From Tetramitus jugosus (taxonomy: Eukaryota; Protista; Heterolobosea): DNA of 64,000 nt. Below the pieces are notes generated by a model, which saw only the letters and a program-made list of their open reading frames with translations, was not told where the DNA came from and did no database searches. Below, piece by piece: positions 46,204 through 57,293 of the stretch. Numbering within the stretch: the first letter of the stretch is position 1; every line of letters begins with the position of its first letter. The stretch spans positions 124,001 to 188,000 of the forward strand of contig OW569384.1 in NCBI GenBank assembly GCA_937625935.1. Direction: 5' to 3'. The translations under genes and the position numbers were made by a program.

Positions 46204-48885
46204 ATGAACAACGCAGAGTATAACAATAGCGACGGTGAGAACTGCTCGGATAGCACCACACCCACCAACAAACATTCATCAACCCATCACGTCGGCACTG
46301 AATTTGTCGAAAATCAACTCAACAATGTCGAATTAAACGACAATCATCACCCATTTGTTGAACATGAGGAAGAAGAAGAAGATCAACACGACGACGACGA
46401 CGACGTTGATCAACACCAACAACATGACAATCATCATCATCATCACCACCACCGTCAACAACAACAACATCCATTTTCAATCAAACTGTACAACAAACGA
46501 GGAATGAAGCGACAGAGACAGTACAATGATCACGATCCAAACTATGATCGATTTGGTCACAAGGCATCTTCATCATTGTTCATTGATCGATTGCCCGAAC
46601 ATGTCACTGTTCAAGAATTACAACAAATGCTCAATCAAATGCTAGTCAACAAGTTTGTTCCCAAAGAGATTCAACTCGGTCAGAAACCAAAGTTACAGAG
46701 AGGAGAGTTTCGAACGGCAATCATGAGATTTCATTCAGTGGAGGAAGCAGTGGCATGCAGGAGTGCGTTGCAACAGTATCAGGACTCTGAATGGGAGAAT
46801 CCAATAGTGGTTCATTATGTCAAGAGTTCTATTGATGAAGAAGAAACATCCACCTCATCTCATTCCAATAACAATAGTAATAACCATAGTCCCGTTTCGC
46901 CATTGTCTTCAACGGGTAGTGCATTTGTTGTTCGTTCTGCTTCGACATCGCCTCTGAGTGCATCTGCTACGACTTTTACTGCTGCTGCTGCTGCAACGAC
47001 TACTCCTACGACAACTGCATCTGCTGTTACTACTCCTACGACAACTACTGTGACAACTAGCTCTGAGGATCCAACTACGACGACAACAACAAGAACAACA
47101 TGCGAGACACCACCACCATCACGATCAACACCCTCTCAATCCTTGTCGGCATCACCAGCTGCAGCAGCAACAGCAACAGCATCAGCATCAGTGTCATCCA
47201 CATATGTTCCACCACCACCTCCACTACTGACACAATCTACAGCAGCAATGTATCATAGTGGTGGTGGTGCAAGCGATATTTTTTATCCTCCTTCTTCATC
47301 TGCTCATCACCATCACTACATTCCCCATCATCCTTCTCACCATCATCCTCACTACCCAACATACTCTTCTCCCTATCATCATGTAGCGATTGTACCACCA
47401 CCTCCACCACAGGTACATCATCATCATCAACAACAGTATCAACAATATCCATATCAACCATATCATCAACAACAACAACAACAACCCCATTATGGTTACT
47501 ATGTCGTGCAACAACAACAACATCAACCACAGCAGCAACAACCAGTACATTCCTATCATGTTGCCCATCATCATCATCATCATCAACCACAAGCACAACA
47601 ACGATATGCATCTTCTCCCATGTATGATCATCACTATGATGATGAAGAAGAACAAGTCGAAGAACAAGAACAGGAAAACAACAAGATACCAGATGATTAT
47701 TATCAATCATCTGCGAGTGATCAACAATCGAGACGTTCTCTGTCTCCGTCTCCTTCGATTACTTCATCTACATCATCATTGTCTTCTTCTTCTGCTGCTT
47801 CGATACGATATCATCATTCTCATCCACACTATCGTCAACACCATCAACAACAACAACAACATCATCCATCACATTATTCATATCAACAACAGCAAAATCA
47901 ACAGCAGCAGCAGCACTATAGAAACAATTCATCTTCTTCGTATCATAAGCATGCGACAGGTAGACAACATCAACAACAGCATTATCATCCATCATCATCT
48001 AGTCATCAACAACAGCGCAACAATACTTTGAAACAACAACAATATACGAATAATCGATATCATCATCATCATCATTCTCATGGTCATGGTAGTGGTAGTA
48101 GTGGATCAAACTCGAGAGGAGGTGGAGGACATTATGGAAGAATGAGATCCATGCCATCTTCTCCTATCTCTCACAATAGTGCAAATAGTCAATTCAATGT
48201 TAGTGCTAGTGGTGTCTTTTTGGATCAGGATCGATTGGGTAATGGCGCATGTCCCTGCTTGTTCATCAAGAACTTTTCTAGGTTTGTCACAGAGGATTGC
48301 GTTCGTGCTGCGTTCCCCTCTGTTCAATATGTCTCGCTGGGAACGAAATCGTTGCAATATGGTGAGCACAGAACAGCGTACTTGTATTTTGAAGATGTTC
48401 AAACGGCTGTGAACGAACGAAAGAGAATGGATGGTCAACTGATAAAGGTATCATCAAGTTGTGAGACAGGAAGCCATGGCTCGTTGAGCACTTCCAACAA
48501 CAATAGTGCACAGCAACAATCTGAACAGCCAATCATTGATGCTGACGCACAACAACCGCTCATGATTTACTATTCAAAGAGGCCTCAGGATCAACAACCG
48601 CACTCCAAAGTATTAAGCTATCTTTATGATTCGCGTGGTAACCCTGCTACTAACTGTTTGTTCATTGATCAATTACCGTACAATATATTGGAATCAGAAA
48701 TTAGGGGCATATTCGAAGGATACTCTCCAATGAATATCGTGGTCGGTAAGAAGCAACTGAGACCTGGTGAGTACAGAACTGCTCTCGTTTATTTTGCGAG
48801 TGTGGAACAAGCTGTCGATTGTCGCTCAGATCTTCAAGATTACAAGATTAACGAGCATTCGATAGTTATTAACTTTAGGAGGTAA
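46204..48885 (+). CDS. Triple-RRM RNA-binding protein with long Q/H/S/P low-complexity region
   Basis: Three related RRMs (LFIDRLP/LFIKNFS/LFIDQLP, each with GE.RTA...F..V..AV). Start at ATG 46204; the ORF-track extension runs through the tRNA. Confidence 0.82.
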   Translation: MNNAEYNNSDGENCSDSTTPTNKHSSTHHVGTEFVENQLNNVELNDNHHPFVEHEEEEEDQHDDDDDVDQHQQHDNHHHHHHHRQQQQHPFSIKLYNKRGMKRQRQYNDHDPNYDRFGHKASSSLFIDRLPEHVTVQELQQMLNQMLVNKFVPKEIQLGQKPKLQRGEFRTAIMRFHSVEEAVACRSALQQYQDSEWENPIVVHYVKSSIDEEETSTSSHSNNNSNNHSPVSPLSSTGSAFVVRSASTSPLSASATTFTAAAAATTTPTTTASAVTTPTTTTVTTSSEDPTTTTTTRTTCETPPPSRSTPSQSLSASPAAAATATASASVSSTYVPPPPPLLTQSTAAMYHSGGGASDIFYPPSSSAHHHHYIPHHPSHHHPHYPTYSSPYHHVAIVPPPPPQVHHHHQQQYQQYPYQPYHQQQQQQPHYGYYVVQQQQHQPQQQQPVHSYHVAHHHHHHQPQAQQRYASSPMYDHHYDDEEEQVEEQEQENNKIPDDYYQSSASDQQSRRSLSPSPSITSSTSSLSSSSAASIRYHHSHPHYRQHHQQQQQHHPSHYSYQQQQNQQQQQHYRNNSSSSYHKHATGRQHQQQHYHPSSSSHQQQRNNTLKQQQYTNNRYHHHHHSHGHGSGSSGSNSRGGGGHYGRMRSMPSSPISHNSANSQFNVSASGVFLDQDRLGNGACPCLFIKNFSRFVTEDCVRAAFPSVQYVSLGTKSLQYGEHRTAYLYFEDVQTAVNERKRMDGQLIKVSSSCETGSHGSLSTSNNNSAQQQSEQPIIDADAQQPLMIYYSKRPQDQQPHSKVLSYLYDSRGNPATNCLFIDQLPYNILESEIRGIFEGYSPMNIVVGKKQLRPGEYRTALVYFASVEQAVDCRSDLQDYKINEHSIVINFRR

Positions 48886-49096
48886 TACATTAATGAATGA
48901 GCTAGATATCAAACAAAGGTATACAAACAACAATGATAACAATGAGAGTTTGCTTTTGATTGATTGATAGATTGATTTGATTGATACTGAACGATTACAC
49001 TGTATTCGATTGATTGATGCATTGGTATGGATGATTACGATGATGAACAACAACAGTACGATGATTTTGATAGTCTTCAAACAATATCCTTTATTC

Positions 49097-51037
49097 TTAT
49101 ATTGTGCACTTATCAATATAAGCCAAACATTTAGCTGTTTCAATTTGTCTTCTGCGTGAATTCCAGCCGAGCTCGTCACCCAGTAAATCAACTACTCTTG
49201 GCACAGCCTTTATGGCTTCGCTTCTATCAAGTAGCATGAGATTTGTTCGGTAGGCAATAACATCTGTCGCACGGCATGCATACTCTGACCTTGCGTGGTG
49301 TACGACCTCTGCTTCAATAAAATCAAACTTGTCAGACAACTTTCTGTTCCAGTTCTTGCCCAGCTTCTTCTTTCCATACTCGATCAACTCGATGGATTTG
49401 GAGCCATAGTAGTGGAAAAGATGATTGCTCAATGATAGATTGAGATTGGTCAGTGAGTTGAGATGACTCATATCAAACTTGTAAGGTGCGCCAATCAACG
49501 GAGTGACAGCAGACATGGACTGTGGGTGATTAGGATGCAACGATGACACCTCGATTGCTTTGTCGACAGTCTCCTCTGCCATTCTTCTGAATGTTGTCCA
49601 CTTGCCTCCACAAATAGTGACAAGACCAGAGTCTCCAACTTGGATGACGTGATCGCGAGGCAGTGCTGCTGTTGTGCCGCTGGTTGGAGCATCACTGTGC
49701 TTGAGGGCACTAGGATCCACCAATGGTCTTATGCCAGACCATGTACTCAATACTTGATCCTTGGTGATTGGCTTATCAAAAGAATCAGCCAAATGTTCCA
49801 AAATATAGTCAATGTCTTCTTGCTTTGGTTTTGGTGGTTGATCCTTTAGCTGATCCAATGATTCAGGATGGTCCGTTGTACCAATAATGGTGCGATCCTG
49901 CCATGGGACAACAAACAGAACTCTGCCATCCTTTGTCTTTGGAAACAGTAGACCAGTGTTCTCAGGTGTCAGACTCCTATCCACTGACAAATGCACACCA
50001 GAACTAGGACGAATGATGTCATGATTGCTCGTTGATTCAAAGTTCAACACTGTATCATCTCTGTCCATTCTCAAGATAGAATCAGACAGATAGCCAGTTG
50101 CATTCACTACACAATTAGCTCTAATTTCATACTTTTTGCCCGTTAGCTCGTCCACTGCAACGACACCAGAGCACTTCTTACTCGCGGGATCCTTGAGAAT
50201 CTTTACAACTTTGCAGTGATTGACAACACAGGCGCCCATAGAAGCAGCTGTCAAAACATTGCTCAACGCAATTCTAGCATCATTGAAACACCCATCATAG
50301 TACATGACTGCACCCACGAGTCCACTCTTCTTCAGAGTAGGACAATATCGATTCACATCATCAGGCGACACCCATTTCACCGGATGCTTCGATATAGTGT
50401 CTACACTATATCCCTCGACAGGCTTAATCGCAGATGGACTGCTCATACTCAAAAAATCATACAGTTTCAATCCGCAGTACATGATCATTGCGTCCCAATA
50501 ATTGTAACAAGGTGTCAAAATGGGCAACGCATTCACCAAATGAGGTGCCACATTGAAAAAGTGTTGTCTCTCCCTCAGTGAATCATACACAAAGTGCATT
50601 TCATTGAGATCCAAGTGATTGACCGCTCGTTGCAAGTAACGAACACCACCGTGAGCCATTTTGGTGGATCGACTGCTCGTACCACTCGCAAAATCATCCT
50701 TTTCCAGTAGACAGACACGCAATCCTCTCGTACTCGCATCCAATGCAATACCCGTACCCGTTGCTCCACCACCAATCACCACTAGATCAAATTTGTCCGA
50801 ACCCGATTTGGAAGCTGCCATTTGCTTTTGCATTTGATCCAATCGATTCAATTGATCATTTCTCGTTGGGATCACCTCTGATGACGTAGATCCTGTTTGT
50901 TGCAAATGATCCACACGAATCAATTGTTGTTCTTGAATAGGACGATTGACAGTGGAATAATAGACGTATCCTGTGCCAAGAGTGGCACCTACGGCACCAA
51001 TGAGTGCTCCTCCCTTCAATAGCTTCCTCATGCTCAT
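49097..51037 (-). CDS. GPD2: Mitochondrial FAD-dependent glycerol-3-phosphate dehydrogenase
   Basis: VVIGGGATGTG, GTSSRSTKMAHGGVRYL, WSGIRPL, GGKWTTFR. Confidence 0.95.
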   Translation of the reverse strand: MSMRKLLKGGALIGAVGATLGTGYVYYSTVNRPIQEQQLIRVDHLQQTGSTSSEVIPTRNDQLNRLDQMQKQMAASKSGSDKFDLVVIGGGATGTGIALDASTRGLRVCLLEKDDFASGTSSRSTKMAHGGVRYLQRAVNHLDLNEMHFVYDSLRERQHFFNVAPHLVNALPILTPCYNYWDAMIMYCGLKLYDFLSMSSPSAIKPVEGYSVDTISKHPVKWVSPDDVNRYCPTLKKSGLVGAVMYYDGCFNDARIALSNVLTAASMGACVVNHCKVVKILKDPASKKCSGVVAVDELTGKKYEIRANCVVNATGYLSDSILRMDRDDTVLNFESTSNHDIIRPSSGVHLSVDRSLTPENTGLLFPKTKDGRVLFVVPWQDRTIIGTTDHPESLDQLKDQPPKPKQEDIDYILEHLADSFDKPITKDQVLSTWSGIRPLVDPSALKHSDAPTSGTTAALPRDHVIQVGDSGLVTICGGKWTTFRRMAEETVDKAIEVSSLHPNHPQSMSAVTPLIGAPYKFDMSHLNSLTNLNLSLSNHLFHYYGSKSIELIEYGKKKLGKNWNRKLSDKFDFIEAEVVHHARSEYACRATDVIAYRTNLMLLDRSEAIKAVPRVVDLLGDELGWNSRRRQIETAKCLAYIDKCTI

Positions 51038-51248
51038 ATTGTTTGATATTGTGACAGAATGCCTATCTCGTCGTCGTTATCGTGCTTTCTCGTGCTTTGT
51101 TGTGGAAGCTTGTTTTATGCGATCGCTCCTCTTTCCAATTTTTATCCGTCGGGAGATAACACCGCGGAGAAAATTGCGGAGAAAAGGAAAGAAAATTTCA
51201 CACGAGAAACAAAACTGCGACAGAGCGAAGACACAACAGATAACAAAC

Positions 51249-52661
51249 ATGTCAACAGATTCAACAATGACAGGAATACAAGAGTATCAATTGTTTGTCA
51301 CACACACAGAAGGTTTTCAACACTATATTATAGACGAGATTGAAGAAAAATGCAGTGATTTCTTTTCCCGCCAAAATATTCTCCACCAGAACGCGGGAAT
51401 CATCGCATTTACGATTACAGCGCAGCTCGAAAGAGTAGAAGAATGTATTTGTCGGTTGTATCAATTAGGGTCCATTGATAATGTGTATGCTCTGATTGAT
51501 ATCATCGAACCCATTCCATATGACATGGAACCAATGCTTCGATTATGTGACAGTCACGTGTTTCAAATGACTGAGACTGTTCACACTCGATGGAACAAAG
51601 CTTTTGATCTCTATCAAGCTCTGTACATGGAAAAGCTAAAGGAGAAGCAACAAAAGCAAACAGAAGAAGCTCAATCGGAGGTAGAGAACAATGACACACA
51701 AAAGATTGACGAGCAACCTTTTGTTCCTCGTTGGTGGTTTGATTGCATTCGATTTAGAACGACAGCAGAGAGATTTAGAAAAAATTCTTTGCACAAGTAC
51801 AAGAGTCCTGAAGTGTCTGCAGAGTATGGTTGGGCGCTCATGGAGAAATTCAAGTGGAAAGTTAGTCTGTCTCAGTATGATGTCAATGTGTACATGCACT
51901 TGAAGATGGACACAATGGTCGTTGGTGTTCAGTTGTCTCCGTGTGAGCATGAACTGTTTTCTTACAAGGCTGGTGCCATCGATCGTGAATCATACTTGCA
52001 CTTGTCTGCTCTCTGTCCCATTTTTCGCTATGCAAAGCTGGATTATAGGCAGGCGTTTGGAAGAAGCAGTATGAAGCCTACGACGGCATACAATCTGTTG
52101 CGAGTTGCAAAGTTGCAAACGATGCAAAATGCAGTATTGTTGGATCCGATGGCAGGCTGTGGCACGATACCGTTGGAGGCTGCCGTGCGATTCCCAAATA
52201 ATTGCTCTCACGGCTATATTTTGGAACTGGACAGAAATGACATTAAGAAGGCAGAAATTAACGTTTGTGCTCTGCAGCAGTACACTCATGAAGAGATTAG
52301 TGGCGACTGTTATTACAAGAACAGAAAGACTACTTTTCAGAATCCAGTGAGCATTGGTTGCTTCCACAATGACTCTCGATGGCTACCCCTGAGAGATAGT
52401 TGTGTAGATGTTGTGGTTTGTGACATGCCATTTGGAAATCTATGCGGTTCACATGGATTCAACGCAAAGGTCTATCCAAAGGTAGTGAAGGAATTGGAGA
52501 GAGTATTGAGGTCCGGTGGAACATGTGTGTTGCTGACAACGGAGAAGCGACTCTTGGCTCAACAGATCAAATCTAGGAAGAATAAGTGGACAATTGAAGA
52601 AACGTTCGACATTAACATGAACAACATAATTGCTACTGTTCACAAGTTAACTCGAAACTAA
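51249..52661 (+). CDS. THUMP-domain SAM-dependent RNA (m2G) methyltransferase (THUMPD3/Trm14-like)
   Basis: THUMP-like FRTTAER...WKVSL; SSMKPTTAY, LDPMAGCGTI, DVVVCDMPFG. Confidence 0.85.
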   Translation: MSTDSTMTGIQEYQLFVTHTEGFQHYIIDEIEEKCSDFFSRQNILHQNAGIIAFTITAQLERVEECICRLYQLGSIDNVYALIDIIEPIPYDMEPMLRLCDSHVFQMTETVHTRWNKAFDLYQALYMEKLKEKQQKQTEEAQSEVENNDTQKIDEQPFVPRWWFDCIRFRTTAERFRKNSLHKYKSPEVSAEYGWALMEKFKWKVSLSQYDVNVYMHLKMDTMVVGVQLSPCEHELFSYKAGAIDRESYLHLSALCPIFRYAKLDYRQAFGRSSMKPTTAYNLLRVAKLQTMQNAVLLDPMAGCGTIPLEAAVRFPNNCSHGYILELDRNDIKKAEINVCALQQYTHEEISGDCYYKNRKTTFQNPVSIGCFHNDSRWLPLRDSCVDVVVCDMPFGNLCGSHGFNAKVYPKVVKELERVLRSGGTCVLLTTEKRLLAQQIKSRKNKWTIEETFDINMNNIIATVHKLTRN

Positions 52662-52662
52662 G

Positions 52663-53909
52663 TTATTTATTTTGTTCGTTGAACTCGATAAACTCCTTGA
52701 TAAATTGATCACGAGTCTCCCAATACAACTCATACTTTTTCTTTCCATAGTCCAAGTAATCAAATTCAATGTTTGAGTTCTTCGCCTGAGGAATGGCCCA
52801 TGTTCCCCAGGAAAGAGTCGCCAACAGAGACAAGAAGTTACTCTCGATTCTCATCTTTTCAATCATCTTTTCAGTTGGTTCAGTTTTCTTCAGCTCCTTC
52901 AGATAGGCCTTTATGAATCGACGTTGGACTTCAATAGATGGATACTGTGCATAACTCATCGAATCATAACCAGTATACTCACTGAAGTGATTTCCAATGT
53001 CAAAGCAACGATAGTTGTATCCGCAATACTCATAATCGATGAAATGAATCGTGTCAGATGAATCATCATATATGATATTAAGTGGTTGCAAGTCGTTGTG
53101 ACAAAATGCCAGCTCGCACTCATATTGTTTCAACAATTTTGTGATACGATCCAGTTCCTTTTTCATCTTTGGAACATTCATATCTCTGATTCTCTGACAT
53201 GTGTCCTGATCGAGATTCTCTCCTCCTGCCTCAACAAGATCTATGGCAGTTTCCATCCACTTGTGGACCATCCTCAATATGTTTGATTCCTTCTTGTCAC
53301 CATGCTTTTCTATCTGATGAAATTGAACCATCTTAACAGCAATCTTCTCACAGAATTGTGCCATTTCTTTTGGTTCTAGATTTCGTCCTGGTATGAAATC
53401 GTAGACAAATCCATTATCAAATGTGCAGAATACTTTAGCTCCCACCTCAAAATCGGATAATAGTTTCATATGTTGAAACTCTCTTTCTCTGTCAATTAAC
53501 TCTTCTGTGCCCAGACCATTGATACGAACGAGGATATTCTTCTGGAGAGTTTTTACTTTGTACACTAATAGAGGAAAGAATTTGTTGTTAGTCTGTATCA
53601 AGAAATAATAATTTCATCATCATCACTATTATTTACATTTGTTTGTAATTCCACCGGTAAGAGGTCTCATTCTTACAATTTCCTCATCGTTCAGTTCTTC
53701 GTCATTCTTGAATAAATCTTTCAGGAGCGATCTGAAGATAGATATGCCACAAAGTGAGTGAAATCTCCAACAACAACATAATGTTGAAAAAGAGAAAGAA
53801 CTTACCTGATGGAATGTTTAATTTTTGATTCATCTTGGTCTAAATCAATTGTTCGTTCAAAGTGTAGCTCTGCTTTTGTTGGACCTGATACTGTTATTTC
53901 GTTTTCCAT
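52663..53909 (-). CDS. Ethanolamine/choline kinase
   Basis: Exons 53909-53806, 53731-53637 and 53564-52663 join in frame. LTGGITNKLY, FCHNDL (Brenner motif), FIDYEY, FDIGNHFSE. Confidence 0.92.
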
Positions 53910-54051
53910 TGTTTGGTGAATGGTTGATCTGTTTGTTGACACTTTGTCAATCATTTTATGTGATTCCAAAATACAAAAAGAAAGAAGGATCTATTTTTAC
54001 AAAACGATTGGTAAACCTTCAAAAACTCCGATGACACCCACTCGCTCAAGT

Positions 54052-55326
54052 TTACTTGAACACCCAATAGGCACAAGCCAACAATATGGTAACAGTTAGA
54101 GCTGATCCAAAGAATATCAAACTCCTTGAGGTATTCTTGCTCTTTTTGGCAATGGCTCCTTCTTCAATGTGTTCTCGCACTGCTAACCGTATTGCATCTT
54201 CGAGTTCCATCGGCTTGTATCCCAATACCTGCTTCGCCTTCTCACTGCTATACCATCTATCTTCTTCCAAATTGTCAACAGTGTCTGGATGGAATAAGAA
54301 AGAAACGTCGTGTCTTTGATTTGCATCTAAATAGTTTCTGACCATGTTGTACAATGGATACAAGGCAGAAACAAGTGCTTTGAACAAGGAAGCAGGCATT
54401 ACGAAATAGGGTCTCGAGCTACCCAGTGCATCACAAATCACATCAATGCATCTTCGAAATGTTACACTGGAATTTGGACCGATGATAAATACTTGATTCT
54501 TACTGTGTTGTTTGTTTTCCATGCACAATGTAATCGCCTGCAGCACGTCACTCACATGAACAAACGAACATATGCCATGGCACTCTCCGGGATAACTGAT
54601 GAGCATTCCTCGGGATGCAGCTTGAATCATTTCAAACACTGCATAACGATCACCTCTACCAGTGACACCACACACCCTTAAAATAGTATAATCAACAAAA
54701 TTAAATGACTCTACATTCACACTACTGTCCTTGTCTTGATGAATCAGCATCAATTCGACATCTCTTTTGTTTTGGCCATAGAGGTATGTTGGTTTACAAG
54801 GAGTTGTCTCCACTGCAGGCATCTTCTCCTCTGCTGCATTCGTACCATCTTTCTCCAACACTGGACCCATACTCTCCTGAGAACTAGCAAATATGAACTG
54901 AACTTTTCTCTTGTGAAGTTGTTGGTACCACTTGATTGCATTCAGCAAGTTTCGAGCTGAATTCAAGTTGACAGATGTAATCTCTCTGCCTTCGGCCTCA
55001 CTCTTTGGATGAAACTCCATCAGAAATCCCAAGTGTACCACAGATACGATATCATCGTGACGCTGCAACAATTCTCTCAATGATTCCTCGCTCTGGAAAT
55101 TCACGTTCATCTCTGCTTCAAACAACAAACGAGGTGGATTCTTGTTGTTGGCATTGGTTGGTGAGATCACACTCTGGAATGCATCTGGAAAAACACTTGT
55201 GGCCGGTAATCGGTGAGATCGAAACGTGCCAATGATTTTGTGAAGTTGGGACTGTTCCTGTCGCAGTAAATGTTTCACTAGAGATCCACCCAGAAATCCA
55301 CTGGTACCAGTAACCAAGATTGACAT
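54052..55326 (-). CDS. Extended SDR (NAD-dependent epimerase / 3-beta-HSD-like) with C-terminal membrane anchor
   Basis: ILVTGTSGFLG, ASS, YGQNK (YxxxK), FVHVSD; hydrophobic C-terminus. Confidence 0.85.
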   Translation of the reverse strand: MSILVTGTSGFLGGSLVKHLLRQEQSQLHKIIGTFRSHRLPATSVFPDAFQSVISPTNANNKNPPRLLFEAEMNVNFQSEESLRELLQRHDDIVSVVHLGFLMEFHPKSEAEGREITSVNLNSARNLLNAIKWYQQLHKRKVQFIFASSQESMGPVLEKDGTNAAEEKMPAVETTPCKPTYLYGQNKRDVELMLIHQDKDSSVNVESFNFVDYTILRVCGVTGRGDRYAVFEMIQAASRGMLISYPGECHGICSFVHVSDVLQAITLCMENKQHSKNQVFIIGPNSSVTFRRCIDVICDALGSSRPYFVMPASLFKALVSALYPLYNMVRNYLDANQRHDVSFLFHPDTVDNLEEDRWYSSEKAKQVLGYKPMELEDAIRLAVREHIEEGAIAKKSKNTSRSLIFFGSALTVTILLACAYWVFK

Positions 55327-55653
55327 GATGTTTGTTGTTTTGCTTGTTCCTTGGATCAAGGGAAGTTCTCTTTTTCTTCTTTGGTAGAGTATTTTTGGAA
55401 TGGGACCGAAAACTGTCAATGGACTTCCTAACAGGTTTTATTGTTTTTGCTGCCTGTCATGATATGTGGCAAATCACTATCCGACGAAAACTTACACACT
55501 ACTCAATTATCGTAAAGTGCAACCATAGCTTTCCAACTTGTTGAAAAGCCTCATTGGTGAATGCTGGATCCGTCAATGGACCTGAATTTCTTTCTTGCTT
55601 CTTTCCTGAACTCTGTATCATATCGATACGATAAGAGAAATACATTCGAAAAA

Positions 55654-56977
55654 TCACGTAGTGTTCTCCCCGAGTGCAGCAACCACATCCGTATTCTTAT
55701 TGATATCATCAGAACTTGTTCTCATGACTCTTCTCTGTTGAAGATGACTAGTACCCCTACTATTACCGTTGTTATGACTATAATTACTATTTCTACTATT
55801 CCTATGATTACTATGATTGCTTTTCCCACTATTATTCTTCTGACTTGTCGTCGAATCAATCACGATATTCGGTGGCGGTGGTTGAGACCCCGTATTACTA
55901 TTATTCTTATCCAACAAAGAAGGATTTCCAACAACAACAACTGAGCCACTACTACTGCTACTGCCACTGCTACTACTACCCCTCATGGATGCAGCTGCAC
56001 TTTGTTGCTGTTTCATAAATTGTTGAGCATGATGACCCTGTTGTTGTTGTTGTTGATTGAGATGACTCAACTTGTGGAAATAGGCCAACCGATTCAAGTG
56101 AATCGAATTCGAGTTCCACTGCGACTGAACCAACTTTGTCTTGTGTCGTTCTCTGTCTCTCATATCCGACTCGATCCGTTCCATGAGTAAATTCTCTTGA
56201 TACACGGTGCTCCAATTCTGGAATGCACCAATCCATTGCATGCACTCTTGATACGATTCACAAACAAAGAAAAAGTGTCGCTTGCATGTCACCATTTCAA
56301 ACATGAAGAGTTGTTTAGAGTTTGATGCGTACACTTCTCGATTCACATACTATATATCACATGTTCCCCCCGCCCAATTTAAATCAATCGATTTGATACA
56401 ACAACAACAACAACAAAAAAAGCGTGTGTTACAATGACATTTTGTTTCTTGTGAACACATGTATATAGACTGACAGAAAAAGACATACTCTGATATCAAA
56501 GTGCTCCAATGCGAGCGATCCTAGTATTTGATTCGATTCTGATGATTCCTTGTACAATAGTGTGCATTGATTGGACAAGAGGAAGAATAGTGTAGCATAT
56601 TGTTGTTGTTGATGTTGTTGATGATGATGAGAATGATGATCCCATGCATCATCATTATTAGAATCATTAGAACTACCGCTACTACTATTATTGGAAGGAG
56701 GAGTGAAGCTAATGGAAAAGTGTTGCGATGGTCTTAATATCAATGATGATAATTTGTTCATATTGTTGTTGTTATTGTCGTTATGGATCCAATCATTAGG
56801 TTGTTGTTGATGTTTTTTTATACTAGTAGTTGTGGTGGTGATGGTAGGGAATGTGCCTAGAGGGAAGCCAAGGTAACCACATTTTTCAATTTTGAAAGAG
56901 TTGTTGGCATGAGGTGGGTGTGAGTGTGGGTGTGTTGGCGGAGGTGCGGCTTGTTGTTGTTGTTTTCTTCCTGACAT
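55654..56977 (-). CDS. PH-domain protein with low-complexity inserts
   Basis: Intron 56350-56488 joins exons in phase 0. KCGYL, FFLL...LLYK, LGSLAL, FFVCESYQECMQWIGAF. Confidence 0.72.
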
Positions 56978-57293
56978 GCATTCAAACGTATTTGGGCTTC
57001 GAAAAAGTTTTCAATTTTTTTTTATATAGGTGGGTCTGTTCGGAAGCTTGCTAATGTAGTTTTCTCTGATTGTGTTTTTTGGATTGGCCAATTTTCCGCC
57101 GGATTTTTTCATGTGGTGTGAGAACAACGCTTTTTTCGAGGTGTCACTGCGAAATGCAAAGCGTTCCAACGTGGGCAACTCCGCGGGTGAACTTGTGTCG
57201 TTTCCATGCTGGATCCTTGAATTGGAAGTTCCAGTATGGTGCTGTCCAATGGTCTCCAAGATAGGATGGTGTTTACGAAATTTATTATTACAG

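Noticed and set aside
46380-48120. (CAA)n/(CAT)n arrays and the many antisense or alternative-frame ORFs here and elsewhere
   Set aside because: Coding trinucleotide tracts for poly-Q/H/N/S and their shadow ORFs; no spacer-repeat (CRISPR-like) or satellite structure seen.
49097-55326. Apparent lipid-metabolism cluster (GPD2, ethanolamine kinase, SDR)
   Set aside because: Interrupted by an RNA methyltransferase and not a single pathway; coincidence is likely.
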